37,877 nt of DNA from an uncultured Muribaculaceae bacterium (lineage in GTDB: Bacteria; Bacteroidota; Bacteroidia; Bacteroidales; Muribaculaceae): the NCBI GenBank assembly GCA_964407165.1, contig CAYOUJ010000021.1, forward strand, positions 1-37,877. The letters run 5' to 3'. Numbering within the stretch: position 1 is the stretch's first letter; each line of letters begins with the position of its first letter. The notes under the pieces are model-generated. The model saw only the letters and a program-made list of their open reading frames with translations. It did no database searches and had not been told where the DNA came from. Positions 17,021-26,081 of this stretch are shown here, piece by piece. A program made the translations under genes and the position numbers.

Positions 17021-18001
17021 TCAGTAACTTCTAGCGATGATGAAATCGAAGATCTCCAGCAGCGAGCGGCGCGCTTCCGAGTCGCCGAAGGCCTCGCAGA
17101 GCGTGCGGGTGGCGCGGGCGTGGAGCTGCTCCATGCGTGCATAGGCGTAGTCGATGCCGCCGTGGTCGTGGGCGTAGGTTATGAGCCGGTCGATGTCGGT
17201 GGCTGTCATCTCCTCGCGGCGGCTCAGGGCGAGCATCTCCTCGTGGCCGGGGAGGGCATCGTTGGTGAGCACGTGCAGCAGCGGCAGGGTGATCTTGCCT
17301 TCGCGCAGGTCGTTGCCCGTGGGCTTGCCCACGGCGGCGTCGCCGAAGTAGTCGAAGATGTCGTCGCGTATCTGGAAGCACTGGCCCAACAGCTCGGCGA
17401 ACTCGCGCAGTGGGCGCAGGCGCTCCTCGCAGTCCATGCCCACGGCGTAGGCGCCCATCTCAACGCAGCTGACAAATAGCGAGGCCGTCTTCTGTGAGAT
17501 GACGCTGAAGTATGCCTCCTCGCTAAGCCTATGGTCGCGGGCGTTGAATATCTGGTCGATCTCGCCTAGCGAGAGCATGCGGCCCAGGGCCGAGAGGGAG
17601 CTTATGATGCGGGTGTCGCCGGTCTCGATGGCCGCGCGCAGGGATGTGGAGACAAAGAAGTCGCCCACGAGCACAGCTATGTGGTTGTCCCAGGTGGCGT
17701 TGACGGTGGGGTGGCCGCGGCGCAGCTTCGACTCGTCGACCACGTCGTCGTGTATCAGCGAGGCGTTGTGCAGCATCTCCACGGCGGCTGCTGCGGAGAT
17801 GACGTGACGGTTGACCTCGCCGACCAGCTTGGCGGCGAGTATCACGAGAATGGGGCGGATGAGCTTGCCTTTCTGCTGCAGGTAGCCGTCGACGATGCCC
17901 TGCATCATGGCGTTGTCCGTGGCCAGCGCATCGTGCATGGCCCGGGCAAGCATGCCGAGCTCCGGGGCTAACGTCTGTTGGATTTTCTGGAAGGCGGTCA
18001 T
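17021..18001 (-). CDS. ispB: All-trans polyprenyl-diphosphate synthase (IspB/octaprenyl-diphosphate synthase-like)
   Basis: The start is taken at the ATG for MTAFQKIQQTL. Both aspartate-rich motifs are present (LIHDDVVDESKLRRG and FQIRDDIFDY) on a polyprenyl synthetase fold. The upstream 222 nt of the track ORF overlap the promoter and the neighbouring gene. Confidence 0.9.
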   Translation of the reverse strand: MTAFQKIQQTLAPELGMLARAMHDALATDNAMMQGIVDGYLQQKGKLIRPILVILAAKLVGEVNRHVISAAAAVEMLHNASLIHDDVVDESKLRRGHPTVNATWDNHIAVLVGDFFVSTSLRAAIETGDTRIISSLSALGRMLSLGEIDQIFNARDHRLSEEAYFSVISQKTASLFVSCVEMGAYAVGMDCEERLRPLREFAELLGQCFQIRDDIFDYFGDAAVGKPTGNDLREGKITLPLLHVLTNDALPGHEEMLALSRREEMTATDIDRLITYAHDHGGIDYAYARMEQLHARATRTLCEAFGDSEARRSLLEIFDFIIARSY

Positions 18002-18010
18002 AACAGGCCA

Positions 18011-18018
18011 CAAATTTA
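18011..18018 (-). promoter_or_regulatory. -7 promoter element TAAATTTG (minus strand) 9 nt upstream of the ispB ATG, preceded by -33 TTTG and a G8 tract
   Basis: The minus strand reads gaaacacGGGGGGGGacggtttttttggccgTTTGacggaagtttcgTAAATTTGtggcctgttATG. It shares the 13-mer tttcgtaaatttg with the promoter at 12378. Confidence 0.55.
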
Positions 18019-18074
18019 CGAAACTTCCGTCAAACGGCCAAAAAAACCGTCCCCCCCCGTGTTTCTCCCGACCA

Positions 18075-18812
18075 TTACCAGATTCGGACGCCGGGCATGA
18101 GGCACAGCAGCGTGGCGCCGAACATGAGCGCGTAGAGCAGGTTGAACGCCTTCGGCCCCTTGGGGTCGGCCCCGCCAAGCCACAGGAACAGGAAGCAGTA
18201 GACCAGCACGTACAGGAAGGCAAATAGCGGACCCATGAAAATCAGCTCGGGGTTGGACGCCCCGACGACGGTGGCGGCAATCACGAGCGCCCACGCCAGG
18301 GTCGCGGGCACCGTGAGCTCCCACGTGCCGAAGTGCGCCCTGAGAGTGATGCACATCACATATAGAGCACCGAGGGTGACGATGTCGAGGGCTGCGCCGC
18401 CGATAAAGAATCCGACCCATACGGGCTTGGTGAAAGTGAAGCAGGTGGCTGCCACAGGCACCCCCAGGCCGAACACGGCGCCGGTGAGTGCCACCGTCCA
18501 GGCGTTGCACAGGCCGTTGCGCGCCAGCAGCCAGGCGGCAAACAGGGACAGAGGGGCTATCAGCGACTGCAAGGTGACATAGCCGAGCACCGGCGTCCCG
18601 GCCCAAAGGGCGTTGATGACGGTGAAGGCAGCGAATCCGCCCAATGCGACGATTACCGACAGGATGATGTAACGGTATCGGGTAGCCTGCTCAGGCGTGC
18701 CAATGCGAGCGGCGCCGACGAGCTTGCGCATAATGGCTGCTACAACGCCGAACCCAAGCGCCATAATGACACCGATGGGGTCTATGAAAGATAATATGAT
18801 ATTCGGTGTCAT
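18075..18812 (-). CDS. Polytopic membrane protein (about 245 aa, 6-8 TM), possibly a queuosine-precursor transporter by context
   Basis: The start is corrected to the ATG for MTPNIILSFIDPIGVIMALGF. The protein is hydrophobic throughout. It is the last gene of the queF-queC-FGE series. The transporter assignment comes from context only. Confidence 0.45.
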   Translation of the reverse strand: MTPNIILSFIDPIGVIMALGFGVVAAIMRKLVGAARIGTPEQATRYRYIILSVIVALGGFAAFTVINALWAGTPVLGYVTLQSLIAPLSLFAAWLLARNGLCNAWTVALTGAVFGLGVPVAATCFTFTKPVWVGFFIGGAALDIVTLGALYVMCITLRAHFGTWELTVPATLAWALVIAATVVGASNPELIFMGPLFAFLYVLVYCFLFLWLGGADPKGPKAFNLLYALMFGATLLCLMPGVRIW

Positions 18813-18816
18813 GGCG

Positions 18817-19701
18817 TCACTTGTTTTTGCGAGGTACAGCGGCCAGGCGCAGCCCGGTGCGGTAATATCTGTAATCAGAGTCGGACGACGGGTATAAATC
18901 AGTCTCGGGGACATCGACATCGTAATCTGTGTCTCGCGGGCCGTAAGTGGAATAATGGTAGTCGGAATGGTAATAGCAGCTATAGTTGCCGCCACGGGTG
19001 ACCAGCGAGGGTATGCGCGGGTGGCCGAGCTGCTTGGCGCGGCAGCGGATGCAGTCGTCGTGCTTGGTGCATCCCATGATGGTGTCTGGATCCCAGGTGC
19101 GGGGCTGGCAATATTCCTCGGCGTTGCCAAGCATGTCATACAGTCCCAGGACATTGGGCCGCAGCTGCTTCACATCGCCCGGCACTCCGCTGAAGCTGTC
19201 GCTGGAGTCGTGTGTCCAGGCTATCTCCGCATAGTCTGTTGACTCGGGGTAGGGGTATCCGTCGGCATATTTGCCACCGGCGGAGGCATAGACCCATTGC
19301 GGCTCGGTGGGTATGGCATATTCAAAGGGACCGTCGGGGGTCATCTCGTTTAGGCGCCGCACAAACTCTTGCGCGGCGAAGAATGTGATGCCCATTACCG
19401 GCTTTAGCGGGGTCTCGTAGTTTTGGGGGAGGCTGCCCATCACCACCTGCCACTCCAGACGCGTCACCTCATGGTCGCAGAGGTAGTAGTCCTCCATGAC
19501 GCCTGACACTGTGTCGCGGTGCTGCGTGTCGTCCTCTATGAAAGTGTAAGGGCCGCCCTCGATGAAGACCATGCTGTCGGCGATTTTTGCGGCGATGACC
19601 TCCGGGGTGCCGTTGGCGAAGTGCCACGCCGCCGTGACTGCGCAGAAGATGACGCAGTAAGTCACCGCCGCCCATACCCCGCTTCTGTTGCTGTCAGTCA
19701 T
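18817..19701 (-). CDS. FGE-sulfatase (SUMF1/EgtB/PvdO) family protein with an N-terminal membrane anchor and a Tyr/Asp-rich C-terminal tail
   Basis: The start is taken at the ATG for MTDSNRSGVWAAVTYCVIFCAVTAAW, a TM helix. The FGE-domain motifs present are LCDHEVT..EW, VLGLYDMLGNAEEYC and LVTRGGNY. The start overlaps the queC stop. Confidence 0.75.
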   Translation of the reverse strand: MTDSNRSGVWAAVTYCVIFCAVTAAWHFANGTPEVIAAKIADSMVFIEGGPYTFIEDDTQHRDTVSGVMEDYYLCDHEVTRLEWQVVMGSLPQNYETPLKPVMGITFFAAQEFVRRLNEMTPDGPFEYAIPTEPQWVYASAGGKYADGYPYPESTDYAEIAWTHDSSDSFSGVPGDVKQLRPNVLGLYDMLGNAEEYCQPRTWDPDTIMGCTKHDDCIRCRAKQLGHPRIPSLVTRGGNYSCYYHSDYHYSTYGPRDTDYDVDVPETDLYPSSDSDYRYYRTGLRLAAVPRKNK

Positions 19702-19702
19702 A

Positions 19703-20431
19703 TTAATCTTTGGAATAGGTGGTCGGGTCGGGAACGGCGGCGAGGGCGAAGGCTTCGCGGCGCTCGACGCAGGTGCCACAGCGGCCGCAGTGCCCGGCGC
19801 CGCCCTTGTAGCAGGAGTAGGTGTGGGAGTAGTCGACGCCGAGACGGGCGCCGCGGGCTACGATCTCTGCCTTGGTGAGGGTGGTGTAGGGGGCCAGCAG
19901 GCGTATGCCGTCGTAGGTGCCAGAAGCGATGGCGCGGTCCATGGCCTCGACGAACTGCGGGCGGCAGTCGGGGTATATGGCGTGGTCGCCGGCATGGTTG
20001 GCGAGCATGACGGCACTTAGGCCCCGGCTCTCGGCGAGCCCGGCGGCGACGCTGAGCATGATGCCGTTGCGGAAGGGGACGACGGTCGAGCGCATGTTCT
20101 CGGCCTCGTAGTGTCCCTCGGGTATGGCGTCGGCGCCGCTCAGCAGCGAGCTCTCAAAGTATTCGCCCATGAACTTGAGGGGTATGCACACCCAGGGTAT
20201 GCCCAGGCGCTCGCACTGCCAGCGGGCGCACTCGGCCTCGCGGGCGTTGTGGTTAGAGCCGTAGTCGAAGGTGACGGCGAGGGCTATCTGCGGGGCGTAT
20301 TCGTGGAGCATGGTGACGGAGTCGATGCCGCCGGAGAGGACCAACAAAGAGCTACAAGCCCCCCACGACTCCCCCCCAAGGGGGGGGGACACTATGTTAT
20401 TAGTGGTGATATTGTCTTTATTTGGAGCCAT
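19703..20431 (-). CDS. queC: 7-cyano-7-deazaguanine synthase QueC (the N-terminal 30 aa are doubtful)
   Basis: It has the PP-loop motif LVLSGGIDSVTML and a C-terminal Zn-binding cysteine cluster CYKGGAGHCGRCGTCVERREA. The annotated ATG start yields an atypical N-extension containing C9/G7/G6 homopolymer runs. A TTG at about 20341 (LLVLSGG) is an alternative start. Confidence 0.85.
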   Translation of the reverse strand: MAPNKDNITTNNIVSPPLGGESWGACSSLLVLSGGIDSVTMLHEYAPQIALAVTFDYGSNHNAREAECARWQCERLGIPWVCIPLKFMGEYFESSLLSGADAIPEGHYEAENMRSTVVPFRNGIMLSVAAGLAESRGLSAVMLANHAGDHAIYPDCRPQFVEAMDRAIASGTYDGIRLLAPYTTLTKAEIVARGARLGVDYSHTYSCYKGGAGHCGRCGTCVERREAFALAAVPDPTTYSKD

Positions 20432-20449
20432 TTTTGTTCCGATTAGCTT

Positions 20450-20926
20450 TTAGACGTTAGTGGCGGATTGGAAGGCGGCGAGGAGGCGCTCATGGACGAG
20501 GGACTGGTGGTCGGCGTCACCGTAGTTGGCGAAGGGATGGATGGCGATGCCGCCGCGGGGGGTGAAGATGCCCTTGACCTCGAGATAGCGCGGGTCCATC
20601 AGACGCACCAGGTCGTTCTTGATGATGTTGACGCAGTCTTCGTGGAAGTCGCCGTGGTTGCGGAAGCTGAAGAGGTAGAGCTTTAGGCTCTTGCTCTCGA
20701 CCATCCGCTCGCGCGGTATGTAGTTGATGATGATGGTGGCGAAGTCGGGCTGCCCGGTCTTGGGACAGAGAGAGGTGAACTCGGGGCAGCGGAAGGTGAC
20801 GAGGTATTCCACGCCGGGGTGCTTGTTGACGAAGGTCTCGAGCACTTGGGGGGCGTATTGCGTGGGGTAGTGTGTATTGGTGTTGCCGAGGAGCGTTACG
20901 CCCTCGAGGTCGTGTTGGTCGCGCAT
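20450..20926 (-). CDS. queF: NADPH-dependent 7-cyano-7-deazaguanine reductase QueF (unimodular type)
   Basis: 158 aa. The QueF catalytic region is present ([36 protein letters not shown]). The queC start follows the stop by 18 nt. Confidence 0.9.
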   Translation of the reverse strand: MRDQHDLEGVTLLGNTNTHYPTQYAPQVLETFVNKHPGVEYLVTFRCPEFTSLCPKTGQPDFATIIINYIPRERMVESKSLKLYLFSFRNHGDFHEDCVNIIKNDLVRLMDPRYLEVKGIFTPRGGIAIHPFANYGDADHQSLVHERLLAAFQSATNV

Positions 20927-20945
20927 GTAGGTGACGTTGTGCAGG

Positions 20946-21557
20946 TTATTGGAAGTTTTGCAGGCGGGCGTAGATGCTGAGTATGAGCTGGCCGTATTGC
21001 GGGTTCATGGCCCAGCGTCCTGAGAGGGCCTCCCAGGTGGTCGCGCAGCCGCGGGCGACGAGGCCGAAGCGGACGTCGACAAGCTCTTCCCCCTCGGGCA
21101 GCTCGCAGTCGCAGGCGTAGGCATAGAGGTGCTGGGCCATGGCCGTGACGCCCTGCTCCAACGAGGTGTAGCTGTTGCCCGTGGCGCCGGCGCCCGTGAC
21201 GCCGAGTCCTCCGAAGTTATATTGGTCGGGGGTGACGGCCGTGCCGTCCATAAACTTGAACCAGCCGGTCTCGAGTATGGCCTGGCAGAGCATGATGTCG
21301 CCGCGGATGCCATAGCGCGCGGCGATGGTGTAGAATGCGTCGGCCACCTCGTATGAAAAGTTGGCATTGTGGAGCTGGACGAAGCGGCACATCCTGTCGG
21401 GAGTGACCACGGCGAGGCCCAGTATCGGCTCGGGCGGGGGCAGGATGACCGAGTCGGCCACGACGATGGCGACCGAGTCGGCCTCTTGTGCAGCCGCCGG
21501 CGACGACAGCACGGCGGCCAGAAGCGTTACCACAAGCAGAAAGCAAGCCCGTTGCAT
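20946..21557 (-). CDS. Secreted glucosaminidase-domain protein (mannosyl-glycoprotein endo-beta-N-acetylglucosaminidase / FlgJ-like peptidoglycan hydrolase)
   Basis: The start is taken at the ATG for [18 protein letters not shown], a signal peptide. The glucosaminidase motif [19 protein letters not shown] is present. It lies 19 nt upstream of queF. Confidence 0.7.
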   Translation of the reverse strand: MQRACFLLVVTLLAAVLSSPAAAQEADSVAIVVADSVILPPPEPILGLAVVTPDRMCRFVQLHNANFSYEVADAFYTIAARYGIRGDIMLCQAILETGWFKFMDGTAVTPDQYNFGGLGVTGAGATGNSYTSLEQGVTAMAQHLYAYACDCELPEGEELVDVRFGLVARGCATTWEALSGRWAMNPQYGQLILSIYARLQNFQ

Positions 21558-21562
21558 GCTTG

Positions 21563-21570
21563 CAAAGTTA
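21563..21570 (-). promoter_or_regulatory. -7 promoter element TAACTTTG (minus strand) 5 nt upstream of the glucosaminidase ATG (leaderless)
   Basis: The plus strand reads tgCAAAGTTAgc immediately next to the start codon at 21557. Confidence 0.5.
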
Positions 21571-21676
21571 GCACTAATAGTCCAAACCGACAACAAAATT
21601 CACCAAAAAGCACAAAAGAAGGGCTTCTGCACAGCCGGGGCGCATTTTGATGTGGCGTGTTTGCGGAAAAATTCGT

Positions 21677-21684
21677 AACTTTGG
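21677..21684 (+). promoter_or_regulatory. -7 promoter element TAACTTTG for pdxA (divergent from the 21563 promoter)
   Basis: attcgTAACTTTGggcgc lies about 80 nt upstream of the pdxA ATG. Confidence 0.5.
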
Positions 21685-21763
21685 GCGCACATTTTGCACC
21701 CGAAAATTATTCCGGCGCGCAAGGCAAACAACCACAGCGCCTTGAGCGTTTGAAAAGATAGAT

Positions 21764-22882
21764 ATGAAAGAGACCAGAAAACTGCGCGTGGGCATCACCC
21801 ACGGCGATATTAACGGCGTAGGCTATGAGGTGATACTCAAGACATTGGCCGAGCCGCATATAATGGAAGTGTGCACGCCGGTGCTCTATGGCAGCCAGCG
21901 TGTGGCCAACTATTACCGCAAGGGCCTGGGCATGGCGCCGATGACGGTTAACGTCATCGACACGCCCGACAAGGCCCGCGACGGCGAGTTCAACATCATC
22001 AACGTGTGCTCCGACGAGTTGAAAATCGAGCCGGGACACTCGTCGCGCGAGGCGGGGGAGGCCGCCTTTGCCGCCCTCGAGGCAGCCGTGTCTGACCTGC
22101 GCGTGGGCAACATCGACGCGCTGGTGACGGCGCCCATCAACAAGCACAACATCCAGAGCCCCACGTTCACCTTCCCCGGCCACACGGAGTACCTTGAGGC
22201 GTCGCTTCACGATCCCGACGCACCGGAGGCGCGGTCGCTGATGATGCTCTTCAACGACGTGATTCGTGTGGCCTTGGTCACCAACCACCTTCCCGTTAGC
22301 AAGATAGCCGAGAATATCACCACCGAGCTAATCAAGAGCAAGATAGAAACTCTACACCGGTCGCTCATACGCGACTTCGGCATCCACGCCCCGCGCATAG
22401 CCGTCTTGGCGCTCAACCCGCACGCCGGTGACGAGGGACTGCTGGGCACGGAGGAAGCCGACATCGTGGCCCCGGCCATCCGGCAGGCCTCCGACGAGGG
22501 CATCCTCTGCTTCGGCCCATACGGCGCCGACGGGTTCTTTGCCGCCGGGCAATTTGCCGTGTTTGACGGCGTGCTGGCGATGTATCACGACCAGGGTCTG
22601 GCGCCGTTCAAGACCATCGCCGGATTTGACGGCGTCAACTTCACCGCCGGCCTGGAGTATGTGCGCACCTCGCCCGACCACGGCGTGGGCTACGACATCG
22701 CCGGCCGCGGCATCGCCGACGAGAGCTCGATGCGACGCGCCATCTTCGAGGCCATCGACATCTGCCGCCGCCGCCGCATGCACGCCGAGATCACCCGCAA
22801 CCCGCTGCGCAAGCAGTACGTCGAGCGCAACAAGGCCGACAACGTCGTCCTCGATCTCACAAAGGACTCAGACGAGGCGTAA
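21764..22882 (+). CDS. pdxA: 4-hydroxythreonine-4-phosphate dehydrogenase
   Basis: 372 aa. PdxA family motifs are present: ITHGDINGVGYEVILK, VTAPINK, FTFPGHTEYL, AVLALNPHAGDEG and GVGYDIAGRGIAD. Confidence 0.9.
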   Translation: MKETRKLRVGITHGDINGVGYEVILKTLAEPHIMEVCTPVLYGSQRVANYYRKGLGMAPMTVNVIDTPDKARDGEFNIINVCSDELKIEPGHSSREAGEAAFAALEAAVSDLRVGNIDALVTAPINKHNIQSPTFTFPGHTEYLEASLHDPDAPEARSLMMLFNDVIRVALVTNHLPVSKIAENITTELIKSKIETLHRSLIRDFGIHAPRIAVLALNPHAGDEGLLGTEEADIVAPAIRQASDEGILCFGPYGADGFFAAGQFAVFDGVLAMYHDQGLAPFKTIAGFDGVNFTAGLEYVRTSPDHGVGYDIAGRGIADESSMRRAIFEAIDICRRRRMHAEITRNPLRKQYVERNKADNVVLDLTKDSDEA

Positions 22883-22895
22883 CTTAGTTTTGTAA

Positions 22896-23780
22896 ATGGA
22901 AAAAGAGAAAGACCAAGCATATTACGACGAGCTGGTGCGGCGCTATGACGTCAAGCCGGAGGTGCTGTCGCAGGAGCAGATCCAGCAGATGGTGCCGTTT
23001 CTGGCAAAGCGCCCCAAGCTCACCAAGTGGCTGATGCACGTGTTTGCCCTCGACAAGGTGAACGCCGCCCACGCCCATAACCACCGCACGCCGGGTCCGG
23101 AGTTTGTAGTGGGGTTGTTGCGCGACTTCGACATCGACCTGAAGATAGACAATGAACAGGTGCTCGCCAACTTCACCGAAGGCCCGTACATCACCGTGAG
23201 CAACCATCCCTTCGGCGCCCTCGACGGCATCGCCCTCATACGCCTGGTGACCAAGTATCGCCCTGAATACAAGGTTATAGTCAATATGGTGCTCGACCAT
23301 ATCTCGGGCATGCGGCCCAACTTTATCAGCGTCGACCAGACGGCCAGCGACGACCCTGTCAAGAAGGAAGTGTCGCGCCGCGGCCTGCTCGAAGCTATCC
23401 GCCAGGTCAAGAGCGGACAGCCCATCGGCATGTTCCCCGCCGGCGCCATGTCGAAGATCAACTACCGCAAGGGGTATCTCATCGACCGAGAGTGGCAGCC
23501 CAATATGATACGTCTGATACAGAAGCTCAACGTGCCGGTTATACCCATCTATTTCCACGGCACCAACACCTTCATGTTCAACTTCTTGGGCCGCACCGCG
23601 TGGCAGCTGCGCACGCTGCGCCTGCCCTCGGAGGTGTTCCGCAAGTGCCACTCAACGTTGCATATAAGCGTTGGGGAGCCTATCATGCCGGAGGTGCAGC
23701 GTGAGCACCAGCAGAGCATCGAGGGCTTCGGCGAGTGGCTAAAGGAGCAGACCTACGTCCTCCGCACCCGATATAAGTAA
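22896..23780 (+). CDS. PlsC-family lysophospholipid/lyso-lipoamino-acid O-acyltransferase (paralogue of the 26082..26924 gene)
   Basis: 294 aa. The acyltransferase HX4D-type motif VSNHPFGALDGIAL and the FPAG motif (GMFPAGAMS) are present. Its architecture parallels the GlsA/OlsA-like gene at 26082. Confidence 0.72.
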   Translation: MEKEKDQAYYDELVRRYDVKPEVLSQEQIQQMVPFLAKRPKLTKWLMHVFALDKVNAAHAHNHRTPGPEFVVGLLRDFDIDLKIDNEQVLANFTEGPYITVSNHPFGALDGIALIRLVTKYRPEYKVIVNMVLDHISGMRPNFISVDQTASDDPVKKEVSRRGLLEAIRQVKSGQPIGMFPAGAMSKINYRKGYLIDREWQPNMIRLIQKLNVPVIPIYFHGTNTFMFNFLGRTAWQLRTLRLPSEVFRKCHSTLHISVGEPIMPEVQREHQQSIEGFGEWLKEQTYVLRTRYK

Positions 23781-23838
23781 AAACAGGGAAGGCAACCGAT
23801 CATTATGCTTGGCCGCTGCGCGGCCAAGAGGTAAGCAA

Positions 23839-25056
23839 ATGGAAATAAATCTCACTGACATACCCGCCGACGTGCAGCAGGCCAAGGCCCGCTACGGAAT
23901 CGTCGGCAACTCGTCGGCGCTCATCGCCGCCGTCAGCCGTGCCATCCAGGTGGCGCCCATCGACCTTAGCGTGCTCATAACAGGCGAGAGCGGCACCGGC
24001 AAGGAGTTCTTTCCCAAGATTATACACGGCGGCAGCGCGCGCAAGCACGGCAAGTATATCGCCGTGAACTGCGGCGCCATCCCCGAAGGCACCATCGACT
24101 CCGAGCTGTTCGGCCACGAGAAAGGCTCTTTCACCGGCGCCGTGGCCACTCGCAAGGGTTACTTCGAGGAGGCCGACGGGGGCACCGTCTTCCTCGACGA
24201 GGTGGCCGAGTTGCCGCTGACCACGCAGGCGCGCCTGCTGCGCGTGCTCGAGAGCGGCGAGTTTATGAAGGTCGGGTCGAGCACCGTGCAGAAGACCAAC
24301 CTGCGCATCGTCGCCGCCACCAACGTTGACATGGCGCGGGCCGTGGCCCAGGGCCGATTCCGCGAGGATCTTTACTACCGCCTCAGCACAGTGCAGATAC
24401 AGCTGCCGCCGTTGCGCGAGCGCGGCCGCGACGCCCTGCTGCTCGCCCGCAAGTTTGCCGCCGACTTCGCCGAGCGCTACCGCACGGACCCCATCACCCT
24501 GGACGACAGCGCCCGCGATGCCATCCTCCGCTACCGCTGGCCCGGCAACGTGCGCCAGCTCAAGAACGTCATCGACCAGGTGTCGCTCTTCGAAGGGGGG
24601 CGCCGCGTCGACGCCGAGCGGCTCGAGCAATATATGCCGTCGCTGACAGAGAGCTACACCCCAATGGTAACCAACGCGACCGGGGGCGGCTCCGGGCGCT
24701 ACGACATGGAGCGCGAGGCGCTCTTCGGCCTCATCTTCCGGCTGCAGGAGCGCATCGCCGCGCTCGAGGAGGCGCTGAAAGGCGCCCCGCAGCAGATAGC
24801 CGAGCAAACCGAGCCGGAGACCGTCACAGCCGAGCCGGTGCCCACCGCCACGCTGGTGCGCTACGACCCCGACCTGCACCGCTTCCATCCCGTCGGAGAA
24901 ACACCCAAGACCCTCGAGCAGACTGAGAAGGAATTGATACGCACCACCCTCGAGCGCAACAACGGGCGCCGCAAGGCCACCGCCGCCGAGCTCAACATCT
25001 CCGAGCGCACACTCTACCGCAAAATCAAGGACTACGGCCTCGAAGACGTCTTCTAA
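23839..25056 (+). CDS. Sigma-54-dependent transcriptional activator lacking an N-terminal sensory or receiver domain (PspF-like architecture)
   Basis: The start is taken at the ATG for MEINLTD. The AAA+ sigma-54 interaction domain begins immediately ([12 protein letters not shown], Walker [15 protein letters not shown]-like GSFTGAV, Walker [16 protein letters not shown]). A long Pro/Glu-rich linker and a C-terminal Fis-type HTH ([27 protein letters not shown]) follow. Confidence 0.85.
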   Translation: MEINLTDIPADVQQAKARYGIVGNSSALIAAVSRAIQVAPIDLSVLITGESGTGKEFFPKIIHGGSARKHGKYIAVNCGAIPEGTIDSELFGHEKGSFTGAVATRKGYFEEADGGTVFLDEVAELPLTTQARLLRVLESGEFMKVGSSTVQKTNLRIVAATNVDMARAVAQGRFREDLYYRLSTVQIQLPPLRERGRDALLLARKFAADFAERYRTDPITLDDSARDAILRYRWPGNVRQLKNVIDQVSLFEGGRRVDAERLEQYMPSLTESYTPMVTNATGGGSGRYDMEREALFGLIFRLQERIAALEEALKGAPQQIAEQTEPETVTAEPVPTATLVRYDPDLHRFHPVGETPKTLEQTEKELIRTTLERNNGRRKATAAELNISERTLYRKIKDYGLEDVF

Positions 25057-25065
25057 AGAAGCTGT

Positions 25066-25133
25066 CTCATACAGAAACAACAGAAACGACAGAAACTCAT
25101 TTATAGTTTCTGTCGTTTCTGTTGTTTCTGTAT
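25066..25133. terminator. About 30-bp perfect-stem hairpin between convergent genes (bidirectional terminator)
   Basis: tcatacagaaacaacagaaacgacagaaact-cattta-tagtttctgtcgtttctgttgtttctgtatga. The inverted repeat is seen directly in the sequence. Confidence 0.8.
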
Positions 25134-25142
25134 GAGGTGGGG

Positions 25143-26072
25143 TTAGGCGTGGTAGGTGCCGATGTGGCGCTGCTTCTTTTCCTCGAAGATTTCGCTGATT
25201 GCGAAGAAGATGCCGCTCTCTTCGACGTCGCCGAACTCGCGGTTGATGGCCGTGCCAAACATGCGCATGGTAGGGGAGAGGCTCATGTAGGCGTTGACCA
25301 GCGGGGGGATGTTGAAGCCCTGCTCGCGGCAGGCGTGGTTGAGTATGCGATAGTCCTCCTTGAAAGTGGCGCCGGTGAACAGCCGCTCCATCTTCTTGAC
25401 GTCGGTGTCGGTCTGCAGCGGCTCGATGGGGGTGACCAGGTGCTCGGGGTCGGGGAAGTGCTTGTTAAGGAAGTAAAGAATCATGTTGCGGCACTCGGCG
25501 TTGTAGCTCGGGTACATGGTGACCTTGCCGAAGAGGTAGCGTATCTCGGGGTGCACGACGGTCAGCGCACCCAGACCGTCCCAGAGGTTGTCGAGCACGT
25601 AGATGGCCTTGACGCCGGCGCGCGTAGACTGGTATTCCAGGCGCACGAAAGAGCGGCCAAGCTCCAGCGTCTGTGGCAGGTATTCCTCCATGAACTTCGG
25701 GGAGAAGTTGAACATGTGGCTGGTGGCTATTCGAGGCCGTCGAGTGGCGATGTCGGTCATGATGTCCTTGCCGCAGATATACCGGTAGCCGCCGAGTATC
25801 TGCTGCTGCTCCGGATCCCAGACTATCAGCTGCCGGCAGGGCGGGTCCATGAGGTCAAACTCGTCGATGTCGCAGTCTTTGCCCGTGCCGCCGCCTGCGG
25901 TGCGGAATGCTATCTCGCGTAGGCGTCCTACCTCGCGCATGGTGTTGACAGCGCGTCGGCCGTCGACCACATATATCTCGTTACCCCCCTTGTTGGTGGC
26001 GCGGAGGAAGGTGTCAGAGTTGAGTTCGGGTATTATTAGCGCCGGGTCTACCGGGTCGATGATTCGTTGCAT
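25143..26072 (-). CDS. glsB: Hemolysin-like GNAT N-acyltransferase (OlsB/GlsB-like, lipoamino-acid/glycine-lipid synthesis)
   Basis: 309 aa. The architecture is Acetyltransf_5/OlsB-like (LREIAFRTAGGGTGKDCDIDEFD..ILGGYRYI). It is adjacent to a PlsC-like O-acyltransferase, as in the B. thetaiotaomicron glsB-glsA pair. Confidence 0.72.
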   Translation of the reverse strand: MQRIIDPVDPALIIPELNSDTFLRATNKGGNEIYVVDGRRAVNTMREVGRLREIAFRTAGGGTGKDCDIDEFDLMDPPCRQLIVWDPEQQQILGGYRYICGKDIMTDIATRRPRIATSHMFNFSPKFMEEYLPQTLELGRSFVRLEYQSTRAGVKAIYVLDNLWDGLGALTVVHPEIRYLFGKVTMYPSYNAECRNMILYFLNKHFPDPEHLVTPIEPLQTDTDVKKMERLFTGATFKEDYRILNHACREQGFNIPPLVNAYMSLSPTMRMFGTAINREFGDVEESGIFFAISEIFEEKKQRHIGTYHA

Positions 26073-26081
26073 GGTTTTCGG

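Noticed and set aside
17529-18606. Minus-strand ORFs of 160 and 196 aa overlapping ispB and the membrane protein gene in other frames
   Set aside because: They are Arg/Pro/His-rich off-frame artefacts. The alternative frames encode clear polyprenyl synthase motifs and TM helices.
18813-19779. N-terminal extensions of the track ORFs for the membrane protein, the FGE-like protein and ispB, which would overlap their upstream genes by 80-340 nt
   Set aside because: The extensions are low-complexity (Pro/Ser/Ala/Arg/Cys-rich) and would overlap upstream coding sequence or promoters. Internal ATGs sitting at gene junctions give sensible N-termini (TM helix or signal peptide).
23803-25922. 425-aa minus ORF and 266-aa plus ORF antisense to the sigma-54 activator and the glsB-like gene
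   Set aside because: They are antisense artefacts of high-GC genes. The sense strands carry unmistakable AAA+ and acyltransferase motifs.
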